In this document: positions 11,454 to 22,800 of the stretch, in pieces
How positions within the stretch are numbered: the stretch's first letter is position 1
Layout: each line of letters begins with the position of its first letter
Source of the DNA: Fonticula alba ATCC 38817
Taxonomy: Eukaryota > Protista > Nucleariida
Reading direction: 5' to 3' (one strand)
NCBI GenBank assembly: GCA_000388065.2
Contig: KB932209.1
DNA length: 64,000 bases
The notes under the pieces: generated by a model
What the model saw: only the letters and a program-made list of their open reading frames with translations
The model's database searches: none
What the model was told of the DNA's origin: nothing
Position numbers and translations under genes: made by a program

Positions 11454-12128
11454 NNNNNNNNNNNNNNNNNNNNNNNNNNNNNNNNNNNNNNNNNNNNNNN
11501 NNNNNNNNNNNNNNNNNNNNNNNNNNNNNNNNNNNNNNNNNNNNNNNNNNNNNNNNNNNNNNNNNNNNNNNNNNNNNNNNNNNNNNNNNNNNNNNNNNNN
11601 NNNNNNNNNNNNNNNNNNNNNNNNNNNNNNNNNNNNNNNNNNNNNNNNNNNNNNNNNNNNNNNNNNNNNNNNNNNNNNNNNNNNNNNNNNNNNNNNNNNN
11701 NNNNNNNNNNNNNNNNNNNNNNNNNNNNNNNNNNNNNNNNNNNNNNNNNNNNNNNNNNNNNNNNNNNNNNNNNNNNNNNNNNNNNNNNNNNNNNNNNNNN
11801 NNNNNNNNNNNNNNNNNNNNNNNNNNNNNNNNNNNNNNNNNNNNNNNNNNNNNNNNNNNNNNNNNNNNNNNNNNNNNNNNNNNNNNNNNNNNNNNNNNNN
11901 NNNNNNNNNNNNNNNNNNNNNNNNNNNNNNNNNNNNNNNNNNNNNNNNNNNNNNNNNNNNNNNNNNNNNNNNNNNNNNNNNNNNNNNNNNNNNNNNNNNN
12001 NNNNNNNNNNNNNNNNNNNNNNNNNNNNNNNNNNNNNNNNNNNNNNNNNNNNNNNNNNNNNNNNNNNNNNNNNNNNNNNNNNNNNNNNNNNNNNNNNNNN
12101 NNNNNNNNNNNNNNNNNNNNNNNNNNNN
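11454..12128. other. Assembly gap (N)
   Basis: Run of N. Confidence 1.
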
Positions 12129-12617
12129 CCGCGCCCCGCGCCCCGCTAAGCCTGTGTCCGCTTGCCCATTGCCGGCCCCATCAGCCCGCGATCTCGGTCG
12201 GTCATCACCACAAGGGGGCCTCCCAAGTGGGCAGGGGATGTCCCTGCGCGTTGAGTATGTGACCTCGCGCCGGATTGTGCCCCCCTCCCCTGCTCGTCTT
12301 CGCGCCAGTCTTCCTCGCTAGAATTTGCGCCGGTGCCGGCTCACGGGGCCGGGCCATGCATGCGCGTGGAAACGTGGCGCGCCCACAGTCTCCCCCTCCG
12401 TTGTCTCTCAGGGGGCGAGGGGGAGGACGGGCGGCCCCACCTCGGCAGATCCCCTCTTCTCGCCCATTCAAAAGGCCCCATCGTGGGAGCTTACCTGTTC
12501 CCTCGGCCATCAGAAAGCCCCAGCTCCTTCCTCTCCCATTGCATCCGCCTCTCCCCGCCGCCTTCCCCTCTTCTCTCTCTCTCTCCCCCTCTCAATTCTC
12601 CTGGGCCTCCCGCTGGC

Positions 12618-12652
<35 letters not shown>

Positions 12653-12683
12653 TCTCTCTCCCGCGTGTGGTGAAAGTATTCCC

Positions 12684-13722
12684 ATGAGCACCAAGGACCG
12701 CCTCGCTCAGCCGTCTGGCGAGGTTCGGCGGCGGCCGACGTCTGTGTCCGGTCCTGCGCCGGAGTCGCCGGCTGCCATTCAGGATGTCTGCTCTTCGGAT
12801 GTCTCCGACGGCTCGGATTCCGAGCAAGCTCCCAGTCTGGTAGACAACATCACCTACCACGATGGCGACACCCCGGCTGGCACTGATCCCGCTGCTGGCA
12901 GCTTCCTTTCTGCCATCGCCTACCATGTGTCATCTTTCTTTTGGATTCTTTCAGGTGGAGCCTTCGTGCGTCCCGCCCCCCCCCCCCTCCCCCCCTCCCC
13001 TCCCCTACCTTCCCCTCCCCTCCCCCTGATGCCTCGGGTTGCTTCTTTTCCCGGCCCGCGAGCGCATGTCTGGGTTCCATTGCCCGCTGTTGTCCTCGCT
13101 CTAACGCCCTCTGCCACTCCCTCCGGCTTGCCGTCCTTCTCTTGTCCTCCTCGCCTACAGGCGTACTATGGCGACTTCCCGGGCGTCATTATGGCCCCAC
13201 TGGAGGCCGGCGTGCAGCCGCAGTTCTTCCTGGCCACTTGCTTTGGAAGCATCCTCTTTACTTTGTCAATCATGCACATGATGTTCTTTGAGTCGGCCCC
13301 GACCCCACCGCCAGCCGACGGCGCCAAGGCAGGCACAAAGCCTGGAGCCAGCACGGGCGAGCGCCCCCCATCAACCATCGCTCGTACCGGGGCTCTGGAC
13401 GTGTGCTCTTCCGATCTTTGGAAGCATCCTCTTTACTTTGTCAATCATGCACATGATGTTCTTTGAGTCGGCCCCGACCCCACCGCCAGCCGACGGCGCC
13501 AAGGCAGGCACAAAGCCTGGAGCCAGCACGGGCGAGCGCCCCCCATCAACCATCGCTCGTACCGGGGCTCTGGGCCTGTGCGCGGCCATTGTCTTTGCCC
13601 TACCTGCCTTCTGGCCGGTGTACGGTCTATTGACCGGGCCGCTGCTGGCCTGTGTTGCGCTGGGTGCCATGCATGTACTCCTGTACCTGTCGCGCCTGGC
13701 CCCCGCCAGCTGGGGGCTATGA
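12684..13722 (+). CDS. Multi-pass membrane protein, TMEM128-like; exons 12684-12965, 13161-13722 (interrupted by a 175-nt assembly artefact at 13398-13572)
   Basis: Acidic/Ser N-terminus, then FWILSGGAF/AYYGDF and four hydrophobic segments ending FWPVYGLLTGPLLACVALGAMHVLLYL, recalling TMEM128 (FWIVAS..YYVDF...LWHVWSFFTPLLL). Removing adapter plus duplicate restores one ~222-aa frame. Family assignment is from recalled similarity. Confidence 0.6.
13243..13572. repeat. 155-bp direct duplication (13243-13397 = 13418-13572) joined by Illumina adapter sequence GACGTGTGCTCTTCCGATCT (13398-13417)
   Basis: Exact 20-nt match to the 3' end of the TruSeq adapter between identical copies. Confidence 0.95.
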
Positions 13723-13754
13723 AAGATTGCTCGCAGGAGAGAGGAGCACCATGT

Positions 13755-14001
13755 GCTCCTCCCTGCCAGGCACGCTGATCGGCCGGGCATTTAGTTTCGC
13801 TCGCCTTTCCACATGCATGCCTGGCTGGCTGGTTTGACTGATTCACATTTCACAGTCTCCTGGCCTCTAGATCGGAAGAGCACACGTGCTCCTCCCTGCC
13901 AGGCACGCTGATCGGCCGGGCATTTAGTTTCGCTCGCCTTTCCACATGCATGCCTGGCTGGCTGGTTTGACTGATTCACATTTCACAGTCTCCTGGCCTC
14001 T
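13755..14001. repeat. 114-bp direct duplication (13755-13868 = 13888-14001) joined by Illumina adapter AGATCGGAAGAGCACACGT (13869-13887)
   Basis: Exact match to the canonical adapter read-through sequence between identical copies. Confidence 0.95.
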
Positions 14002-14724
14002 CTCTCTCTCCCCCCCCCCCTCCCCCCTTATCCACCTTCAAATAATTTATGTACCATAGAGTCTTGCATTTGCATGCGCCGGGTATCCAAACATGGGAGC
14101 CGTGCACGGCAATCGAGAGATGGTCAAGACGAGGGTCCTTTGTTGTGGGGCGAGAGGGCAGCGAGAGGCTATATGCGAAGGAGGGAGAGACAGGGAGAGA
14201 CAGGTTTTTGTTTGAAAAAAAAAGAAGGGAAAAGTATATTGTCGGGCTTAGAGCAATGTTCAGCCGGCGTGGAGGACAGGGTAGGGGGAGGGAAGGAGGA
14301 CGCGAGCGTTTGCGTTGGCGCTGTTTTTCCTCTTTGGCACACCAGTCCCCGCAAGGGGAGGGTGTTATTCTTCTGGAGAGGGGGGGGGGGAAGGGCATCA
14401 GGCACAGGGTAGGGCAGGGAGGCAGGGGCCCGATCGTCCTTGGTCACGCCCTTTCCTGCTTCTACACACACACACATGCACGCACGCACGCACGCACGCA
14501 CGCGCGCGCGCGCACGGTCGCCAGCGGGAGGTAGGACGAGGGGATGTGTGTGCGTGGCAGGAGGAGGGGGGGACGATGTGAAGAGAGAAGGCAGGCAGGA
14601 AGGGGGGAGGAGGAGAAGACGAGAGAAAGGGCAGGGAGAGGGAAGCAGCCAGGGACCGGGAGAGCACCGCGTCAGGGCATCCTTGCGTGCTGGAGGCGCA
14701 GCCATGCAGGTGTGCCAGGCCGAC

Positions 14725-17700
14725 CTACATGCGGAAATGCTCCGGCAACATGGAAGGCTAAACCATGAGATGAGAGAGGGCTTGTCGTCAGCATGAAGCA
14801 TCGAGGCAGGAGCGGGGGAAGAAGAGGGGGGAATGCGGGCGGGAAGCAGGCAAGTGCATGGTGGGCGGAAAAAAAAAGGGCGCACCCGGTGCTGCTCGAA
14901 GAGAGCCATCGCGTTCTTCACGTCCCACTGGGATCGCTCTAGGCAATCGGCCGCGAAGTCGGTACGCAGGTTGGTGGTGTTGCGGAACTCCAGCAGGATC
15001 TGCGCGCAGTCCAGCGCATTGGCCACATATTTCCGGCAGAACTCCAGCGACCACTCGAAAGACTCATCAAGCAGGCGAGCCACCTTGCGGGCATTGTCGA
15101 TGTTGGTCTGGTGGTGTGTGTTGGTGTGGGGAGGGGGGGGGGGAGGCAGAGGAAGAGGGAAATATCAGCATCGACCCAAGGAGCGCGCGGTATATGGAGG
15201 AGGAAGGTATGAAAGTGGGGACAGGCCATACCTCGTTCATGGCCTTGGTGAAGCGGCCGGACAGGTTCCGGAGGGAAAGCATGTCGTTGACAATCTTAAT
15301 GCCATCCGGACTGGGGGCAGAAAGAAAGAGGGGGAGAGGAAGGGGAAAAAGGAAGAAGGAGAAATGCACACCGAAGTGGTGGTGGGGTTGTGTGAGATGG
15401 GTTAGCAGCAGATGGGATGGGATGAGATGCAAAGAGAGAAAGAGGGCAGAAGAAGAAGGCACGGGAGGGGAAATCTGGGTCACGCACAGGCTCTGAAGGA
15501 TGAACACACGATCGAAGGAGTACCGAACCTTACGAGCGGAGCCCTTGTTGCCTGTGGTTGTTGGGGTTGTTACATGAAAGGGGAGCGCGTTGCATGGGGA
15601 TTGGGGTGTGAGCAGCAAGGAAAGGACAAGACACAGGAGACGAGGGGAGGCCGCGCGCCGAAGGTCGAGGCAAATCAATTCGGCCGAGAGCCGGAACACA
15701 TACCCTTGTCACTGATGTCAGCGACATCACCATGGATGTTGATGAAAAGCGACGAGTCCAGGGGCGTGACGTCAACGCGGAAGCTGAACAGGTCGTGCTC
15801 GGTCTTCGGGCGCCCGAACCACGTCCGAATGATGGCTTCCCGGCCAATGACCATCAGGTCGACGTTGCGATCTGCCAAGAATCGAGCAGCAGGGCAAGGG
15901 GTTAGGCACATGCATATGCACAGCACGTGGGGGGAGGGTATCCCCGGCACGAGGGCAGGTAAGACGCACCAAAGCGGCTCTTAGAGTGGGAGCTGTTCGA
16001 AGTCATGAGAAGATTGCGCGAGACGAAGTTCCCGTCGGCCTGGCAATGCGAGGGGGGCACGCCGGAGATGGAGGCGCATGCCTCGGCCGAATAGAAGGTC
16101 CCGAGCTCAAGGCGGTTGTTGTCGTAGGTGGAGAAGTAGCTGCGAGGAGGAGGGCCGGACGCCAAGGCGAGGGAAAGGGCCAGAGTAAATAACCGGAAGC
16201 CGTTGCAGGATAATGTGCTGGCAAATGGCGCGTACTTGGTGAGGAAGTCATTGACGAACTTCCGGTTGTCCTCCGGGATGAAGTTGCTGTTCTCGGGGAA
16301 CTTGAACGAGGTGCCGGTGACCGCGGCGCCAGCAATGGAGAAGCTCTCCAGCGGCAGGCCGTTGAAGGTCTGGAGGTGGGGGATCTCGTCGAGGACCGCA
16401 CTAAGAGCAGGCATGGAGGGGCACAGAGGAGGTCGAATGGGCAAGGAGATGCATGTAAGATGATGGCTGCGATGGGCGGTGGGAGGCAGCAGGAAAAGGA
16501 AAGGCACATGGGGAAAAGGTGGGGAGGGAATCGCACTCATTCGATGGCGGCTCGACGGCAATCGGATTGTTGAAGCAGAGAAGGTTCTTCAGAGACTTGA
16601 AAGACTTCAGGTGGCCAAGCTCATCGAGGGATCCAATCTGGGGCGTGCGTGGGGTGGGCCGGGGTGGGGACAGGGAACAGGTCAGGACGGGCAAGGGGCA
16701 AGGCATGTGGGAGGGATGCGCGCGCGCGTGCGCACCAAGTTGCCGGACAACGAAAGGTTGATGGTGTTCGGCACAAACTGCGAGAGGATGTTGAACTGGC
16801 GGAGGTTCTTGATGTTGTTGTTGTCCATCAGCAGAGTTTGGGCCTGTTTTCGGTCCGCACAAGAGGGGAAAGAGAAAGGAAGGCACATTGGGAGAGGTTA
16901 GAACACCCATGCGATGCGACTCGCGGAGGGGATGGGCGGGGGGGGGGGAGGGGGTGCAGTGGCGAAGAGCCCACCGCGTCGGTGCATGGGTGCGCGGGGG
17001 GTGCCGAGGACGCACATCCGGGAACTGGCGGTTGATGATCTTCGCGAGGGCGGTCACGAAGAGGGAGTCGGAGAAATCCACCTTGATGTCGTTCTCCACG
17101 ATGGCCGGGTGGGACACGAGGCCGCGAAGGTCCACCTTGTTGGTACCATCATCGGAGCCCTCGTCCTTCGAAAGGCAGGCCTCGACCAGGATGCGCGAGA
17201 GAATGAGCTGCGGGTGTGTGAGCGTGTGTGAGGGCCAGCCTCAGGGGTGGCGACAGAGGGCGAGCAAGGCAAATGCATACAATGTGTGACAGGGGGAGAG
17301 TGTAGATGGTCTTGACAATGGCCTGGAGCAGCAGCGCGGCGTCAAGATGAGATGTGAAGAGAGGAGGGCAGGAGCAGTGGGTAGAGAGGGGGGGGGGAAA
17401 GCATGTGAGCGGGAGCATGGACAGGCGATTCAGAAGCAAGGGAAGGCAAGATGTGCAGGGAGAGTCGCGCACGGTGCGGCCATTGAAGCAAGTCTGAGAA
17501 AGCTTGAGACAGCGCGAATAATGCTCGGGGTCCTTGAGGGAAATGTCGACACCGAGGTGATCCTGCTCAAACTGTGGTTGGGAAGGAAGAGAAGAGCAAG
17601 GTCAGTGGTGGGCTGTGTGGAGGGGCGGGAGGGAAGGCAGTGGGCCGAGTGACATACGGTGACGATCTCGGCCGTCCGCTGACGCGTGCGTAGGAAGTCG

Positions 17701-18309
17701 CGGGCTTCGGAGATGTTGATCTCGCCCAGACCCTCGATCTGCAGGTGGGAGAGGAGGGGGAGGGAGGCGAAAGAGGCATGTCAGAAGGTGGGGGCCGCCG
17801 GCGGAGAGGAGGGAAAGGAGGGAGGGCAGGGGGCAAATGCGTGTGTATGTATGTGTGTGTGCGGGGGGGGGGAGGGGAGAGGGAAAGAGGAAAAGAGGGA
17901 AAGAGGGCGAGAGGCGGCGGATGAGACTCAAGAGGAGGCAAAGGAGGAGAGGCGCCTGGGCCGAGCAAAATACGCACACGCAGCCGGCGCTGGCTCGGAT
18001 CGGTGCGAACGGTCGGGCGGTTCGGGTTCCGGTTGTCCTTCCGCTCGGGACCGCCACGGCTGAAAGCGCAGGAAAGGAGGGTGTGTGTGTGTGTGTGGGA
18101 ACCGTGTCAGTTTGGTGGTGTGCAAAAGGAGGGTGCCCGGCCTCGGCTCTCCTTGGCGGCTGGGCGGCGTCTTGGTACTGCAGGCGTGGGCCGGGTGCCG
18201 CCCAAAGAAGAGGAACGCACTTCCGGTTGGTCGCCCGACGGCGCTTCGCCAGCTGGGCGCTGGCCATCTGGAGCGAGTAGCTCTTACGCTCGCGGGTGGT
18301 CGACTGCAT
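14725..18309 (-). CDS. NXF1: mRNA export factor NXF1/TAP/Mex67 (RRM-like, LRR, NTF2-like, UBA/TAP-C); about 13 exons
   Basis: Spliced exons give RRM-like FEQDHLGVDISLKDPEHYSRCLKLSQTCFNGRT; LRRs QTLLMDNNNIKNL, NLSLSGNL, KNLLCFNNPI, PHLQTFNGLPL; NTF2-like FLTK/YFSTYDNNRLEL..FY, LFINIHG, YSFDRVFIL, IKIVNDML; TAP-C FRNTTNLRTDFAADCLERSQWDVKNAMALF...LPEHFRM*. The first exons are less certain. Confidence 0.9.
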
Positions 18310-18431
18310 GGCTAGGGCTTGAGCGACGGTGTGCTGCTCAGGGTGGGAGGGCGAGCGGAGGAGGGTGTGGCGGAGATACAGAGCAGTGTCAGCCAGAGGA
18401 ACAGTCGAAAAGTCGGGATAGGGGGGGGGGG

Positions 18432-18774
18432 NNNNNNNNNNNNNNNNNNNNNNNNNNNNNNNNNNNNNNNNNNNNNNNNNNNNNNNNNNNNNNNNNNNNN
18501 NNNNNNNNNNNNNNNNNNNNNNNNNNNNNNNNNNNNNNNNNNNNNNNNNNNNNNNNNNNNNNNNNNNNNNNNNNNNNNNNNNNNNNNNNNNNNNNNNNNN
18601 NNNNNNNNNNNNNNNNNNNNNNNNNNNNNNNNNNNNNNNNNNNNNNNNNNNNNNNNNNNNNNNNNNNNNNNNNNNNNNNNNNNNNNNNNNNNNNNNNNNN
18701 NNNNNNNNNNNNNNNNNNNNNNNNNNNNNNNNNNNNNNNNNNNNNNNNNNNNNNNNNNNNNNNNNNNNNNNNNN
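18432..18774. other. Assembly gap (N), flanked by poly-G and poly-C
   Basis: Run of N. Confidence 1.
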
Positions 18775-19096
18775 CCCCCCCATCTGGTGCCGGGGGCGGG
18801 GAGAGGGTCCGACCCGGGTGTGTGGCCAAGCCTAGTCCGGCTGTGGGTCGTGGTGGTGCCTGTGCCATGGGTCCGCCCGGCCCCGATCCGGGCACCACCT
18901 GCCCACGACGTCCGACGGCGGGGCCTTTTCGAGGTTGGGACATGGCGGGGAGCCAGCGTGGGGGCCTGCATGCTGGCAACGGCTTTGCCCCCAGCAGCCT
19001 CGGCTCCGGGGCACAGGGACTGGCATAGAGGCCCCTCGCCAGATGGGCGCCGCGAACAAGCGATGGCTCCCCCCGCCGCCGCCCTCCGGCCACAGC

Positions 19097-19137
19097 CCGG
19101 GACATGCACCGGACCGGGACATGCACCGGACCGGGAC
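19097..19137. repeat. 17-nt tandem repeat x2.4
   Basis: CCGGGACATGCACCGGA x2 plus CCGGGAC, followed by a (CG)n tract at ~19156-19175. Confidence 0.85.
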
Positions 19138-19819
19138 CTTCCCTCGGGTCTTAGGTCGCGCGCGCGCGCGCGCGCTCGCGCGCTGCCTCGCGCGCCCTTT
19201 GCACCGGGCCCCCGGGCGGCTGGCTGGGGGATCCGCGGGCGGTTCCTTCAGATCTGAAAAGTCAGAATACCACAGGGGGTTGTATCCACGGCTGATGCCA
19301 AGGAGGACCATGTGCGCGCGAGTGCGAGTGTCTTGCCCCGCGCGGGGAGGCTATCGCGCGCACGCTACTCTCGGGAAAGGTGCGAGGCTCAGGCGTCAGC
19401 ACCCCGCGCCCCGGCCCGCCGAAGAGTCTTGGCCATTCTTCGCCCACCCCCCACAGACGCCTCCCCTTGCCCAGGGTCCCCAGAGGTGCATGTCGGTTGG
19501 GATATGTATTCTCTCCCCTACACGTGTGTGTTCGTGTGCATTTTGTGGGGCTGCACACCGCGGGGCCCGGCTCTCGCCCGCCTAGCTGAGGGAGGGGGGG
19601 GGGGGGGGGCGAGAGGAGCCCGGACACGCCGCTCGAAAGAGACGCAAGAGAAGGAGGCAGGCGTTTCTGGACATTTCGATCCTCCCAGACACGTGATATA
19701 TGCAACAGTTTCACTCGCTTCCCAGGGGCCCACGCAAATGCGCGCGCTCGAACCAGAGTGAGGGAGCGGGGCGGCGGCAGCAAGAGAGAGAGAGAGAGGG
19801 AGGGAGGGAGGCAGCCTCT

Positions 19820-22800
19820 CTAGGCTGTGGCCTCCTTGTCCGACTCCTCGGCTTGTGAGGCCGCATCCTCATCGGTCGGAGTGGCGGCAGCCTCCTGAGA
19901 GCCATCGGCAGGGAGCCCCTCCTCTGATCGGGCGTCGTCCTGCCCTCCGGTTTGGGAAGGCTCCGAGGTCTCGCCCACGACCGGGGCAGAGTCCTGGTGG
20001 GTGTCTCCCTCGCCAGGGGCGGTGTCATCCGGGGTGCCCGCAGGCATGTTGCTGTCCGACGGGGCGGCGTCCGTGGCAGCCGGCAGAGCCCGCTCCCACA
20101 GGCGCTCAGCATGAAGGAAGTCCTCCAGGGCGCTTTCCAGGTCGAGGACATCCGGGCCCAGGGCCGACTCATCGAAGGCCACCTCCGGAGCCGGACCGGC
20201 GTCGTCGGCCGACGACGCCGCATCCGGGTGGTCCTGGCCATCCTCGGGCACAGGCCGGTCGCGCACTCCGGCAAAGGCCGCCGCACTCAGCAGCAGCGTC
20301 TCCAGCAGGGCGCGCTCGACAAACAGACGGGCATGCTCCCCGAGCAGGAGATCACGCACGGTCCGATGAGCAGCTTGCTGGGCGGCCACCCGGCGCAGGG
20401 GCCGAATGCCAGGAGCCCGGCCCGCGGGCGGGGAGTCGGCCTCTTCGCCCAGTCGCCCGGTCACCAAGGCCAGAGCCAGACGCGACCGGCGGCAGTCCAG
20501 ATCCTGCATCTGGCGTTCAGCATGGCGCCACTCGGCCTCGGCTTGGAGCAGAGCCGCCTGCCGCTCCGGCAGCACAACCCCCTCCAGGTGGGCAACCTGG
20601 GCCCGGAGGACACGCTCCGGCCCGGCGCGCAGGGCTTCAACCGCCTGCCGGTGGCGACCGGCCGCGCGGAAGTCCCCGAGAGCGGCGGCACGCTGCTCCT
20701 GCTGGAGCAGCGGGCGGATTTTGCGGGTTTCCAGATCCCGCAGGTCGTCCTGCAGGCCCATCAGAACCCCCTCGGCCTGGCGATGAAGGCGCCGCGCACG
20801 GCGAGCCGCCTGCCCGGCATTCAGGCGCCCGCGCTCCAGGGCCACCTCCTCGGAGGGGGCCACCACTTGCCCAGGCTCGACACCGGCCTCCGGGGCATGC
20901 AGCTCCTCGGTGCCGGTGAGGGGGATGTCCACGCCGGGCAGAACTGCCGTCGAGCGGTGCAGGTAGTCTCGCACGAGATTCGACTCGCGCAAAAGAACCT
21001 GGGCACTGGGTGTCCGCGCCGGTGCGCATGTGTGTGTGTGTGTGTGTGTGCGTGTGTGCGTTCGCGTGTGTGAGTGTGTTTCGTTGGGAATAAGCGCAAT
21101 CCCATCGACAAAGCGCCCTCTCCCCCCCCCCCTCAGATAATGGGCAAAGGTGTGCCGATGTGCCAGGAAGAGAAGGAGGAAGAAGAGGCCACGAACCGGC
21201 GCTTGATGGCGCGCGATTGCCGGTCAAAGCTGAGAACCGCCAAAGACCGGTGGGCCTCGCGACGGCGAGCCCGACGTGAGTCGCGCTGTGCCGCATCGCG
21301 TGCCATCCCCTCCGCCCGCCGGGCCAGATCCAGGGCAGCCCGGCGCTGGGCGATGCTCCGCCGAGACCGGCGCAGCCGATGGGCCTCCTCCGACAGGAGG
21401 GTCACCGCAGCAACCGCCTGCGCACGCTCCTCACGGATGGCCCGATCCACCTCGGCCTCGCGCGCGCGCAGCCCGGCCAGCCGGGTCTCGAGTTCCAGGA
21501 TTTCGTCGCGCAGGGCCGACCGCTCGGCGAAGAGCTCAACTCGCCGGGCCTGTTCGGCCCGGCGGACGGCGGCCGCCTCGGCCAGCAGGGCCCCGGTGGC
21601 CTGGTCGATGGCAGTCGCATGCGAGGCCAGATGCGTCTGGGCATTTTGCAGTCGGGTGGTCAGCAGACGCAGGCGCGTCTGCCGCCGGGACAGCCGGGCC
21701 GCATGCGCGGCCGTCCGCCGCGAGAAGGTATCATGCTCGGTATCCTACTGGGGAGTCAGTGGGCGTGCGGGAAGGCAGGAAAGACCCCCATGGGGGGGGG
21801 GGGGGACATATTATCAAATATACACACCTTCAATTGGGCCAGGCCAGCCGACAGTTCAAGCTCCACCGCAGCACCGGCCTCCAGCACTGCTGTCCGGACT
21901 TGATGGTGCTCGCGCAGGGTCTCCAGCTTCAAGCAAGAGGCATATAGGTCAGGACACGGCAGACGGGGGGGGGGGGGGGGGGGGGGCAGATATGCATGAA
22001 CATGGGCACGGCGTGTTTCCTACGCCGTCTTGTCCCGCCCCCCCGCCCGGACTCAGGCCCCCTTCAGCCGCCCGAAAGGGCCCTTCGTCCGGGAGCACAA
22101 CGTACGATGATCAGCAGCTTCCGACGCTCGGCCGTCACACTGGCACGCAGGCCATGCAGAACCTGCTCCTGGAGCTCGGCCTCGGCCCAGTCCTGGTTGG
22201 CGATGGCCGCGGCGCCAAGGCGCGCCACGCGCAAAAGGTCCGCCTGCAGCCGGGCCAATGTCCGAAGGCTGCCCAGGAGCAGGGCCACCGCATTGTCATG
22301 CTCGGCGGTGCCATCCTGCCCGGCAGGCGCGGAGGTGGAAATGCCAACATCACTGCCATCGGGCCCCGGGCCCCCGGCCGAGGCGGCGATGCTGGCGGCC
22401 GGCGGATGGAAGCCACTCATCTCCACTTCGCACTCGGTCAGGGACAGGAGCAGGTCCATGGCCCGATCGCGTGCGGCCGGCGAGGCGCCCTGCAGGAGCT
22501 TCTCCCAGCGGCGGCCGGTGTCCGGGGCCGTGACCGAGCCGCCGACCGCCGGGGCCGGCGGCAGCAGCAGCAAGTGCTCGATGTTGTCCAGGGCCAGGAC
22601 ATCCGGGCGCAGGGCCGCCGGCAGGGCCGTCGAGTCCTCGAGCCAGGGGGCACGCCACTGGCCACCACTGGTCATGCCCTCGGTGGTGCCCTCACTGCCA
22701 GGCACCAGGTCCAGCCCGGGGAGTTGCTCCCCCCCGAGGGGGCCGGCCGCCGTCGACTCGGCCTCGCCATCGAGGTACTCGTCCTCACTGAAGAGGGTCA

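Noticed and set aside
12783-12802. GATGTCTGCTCTTCGGATGT (DVCSSDV) matches the Illumina adapter at 16/20 positions, near two real adapters
   Set aside because: Four mismatches, no flanking duplication, in frame within a Ser/Asp-rich exon; treated as coincidence.
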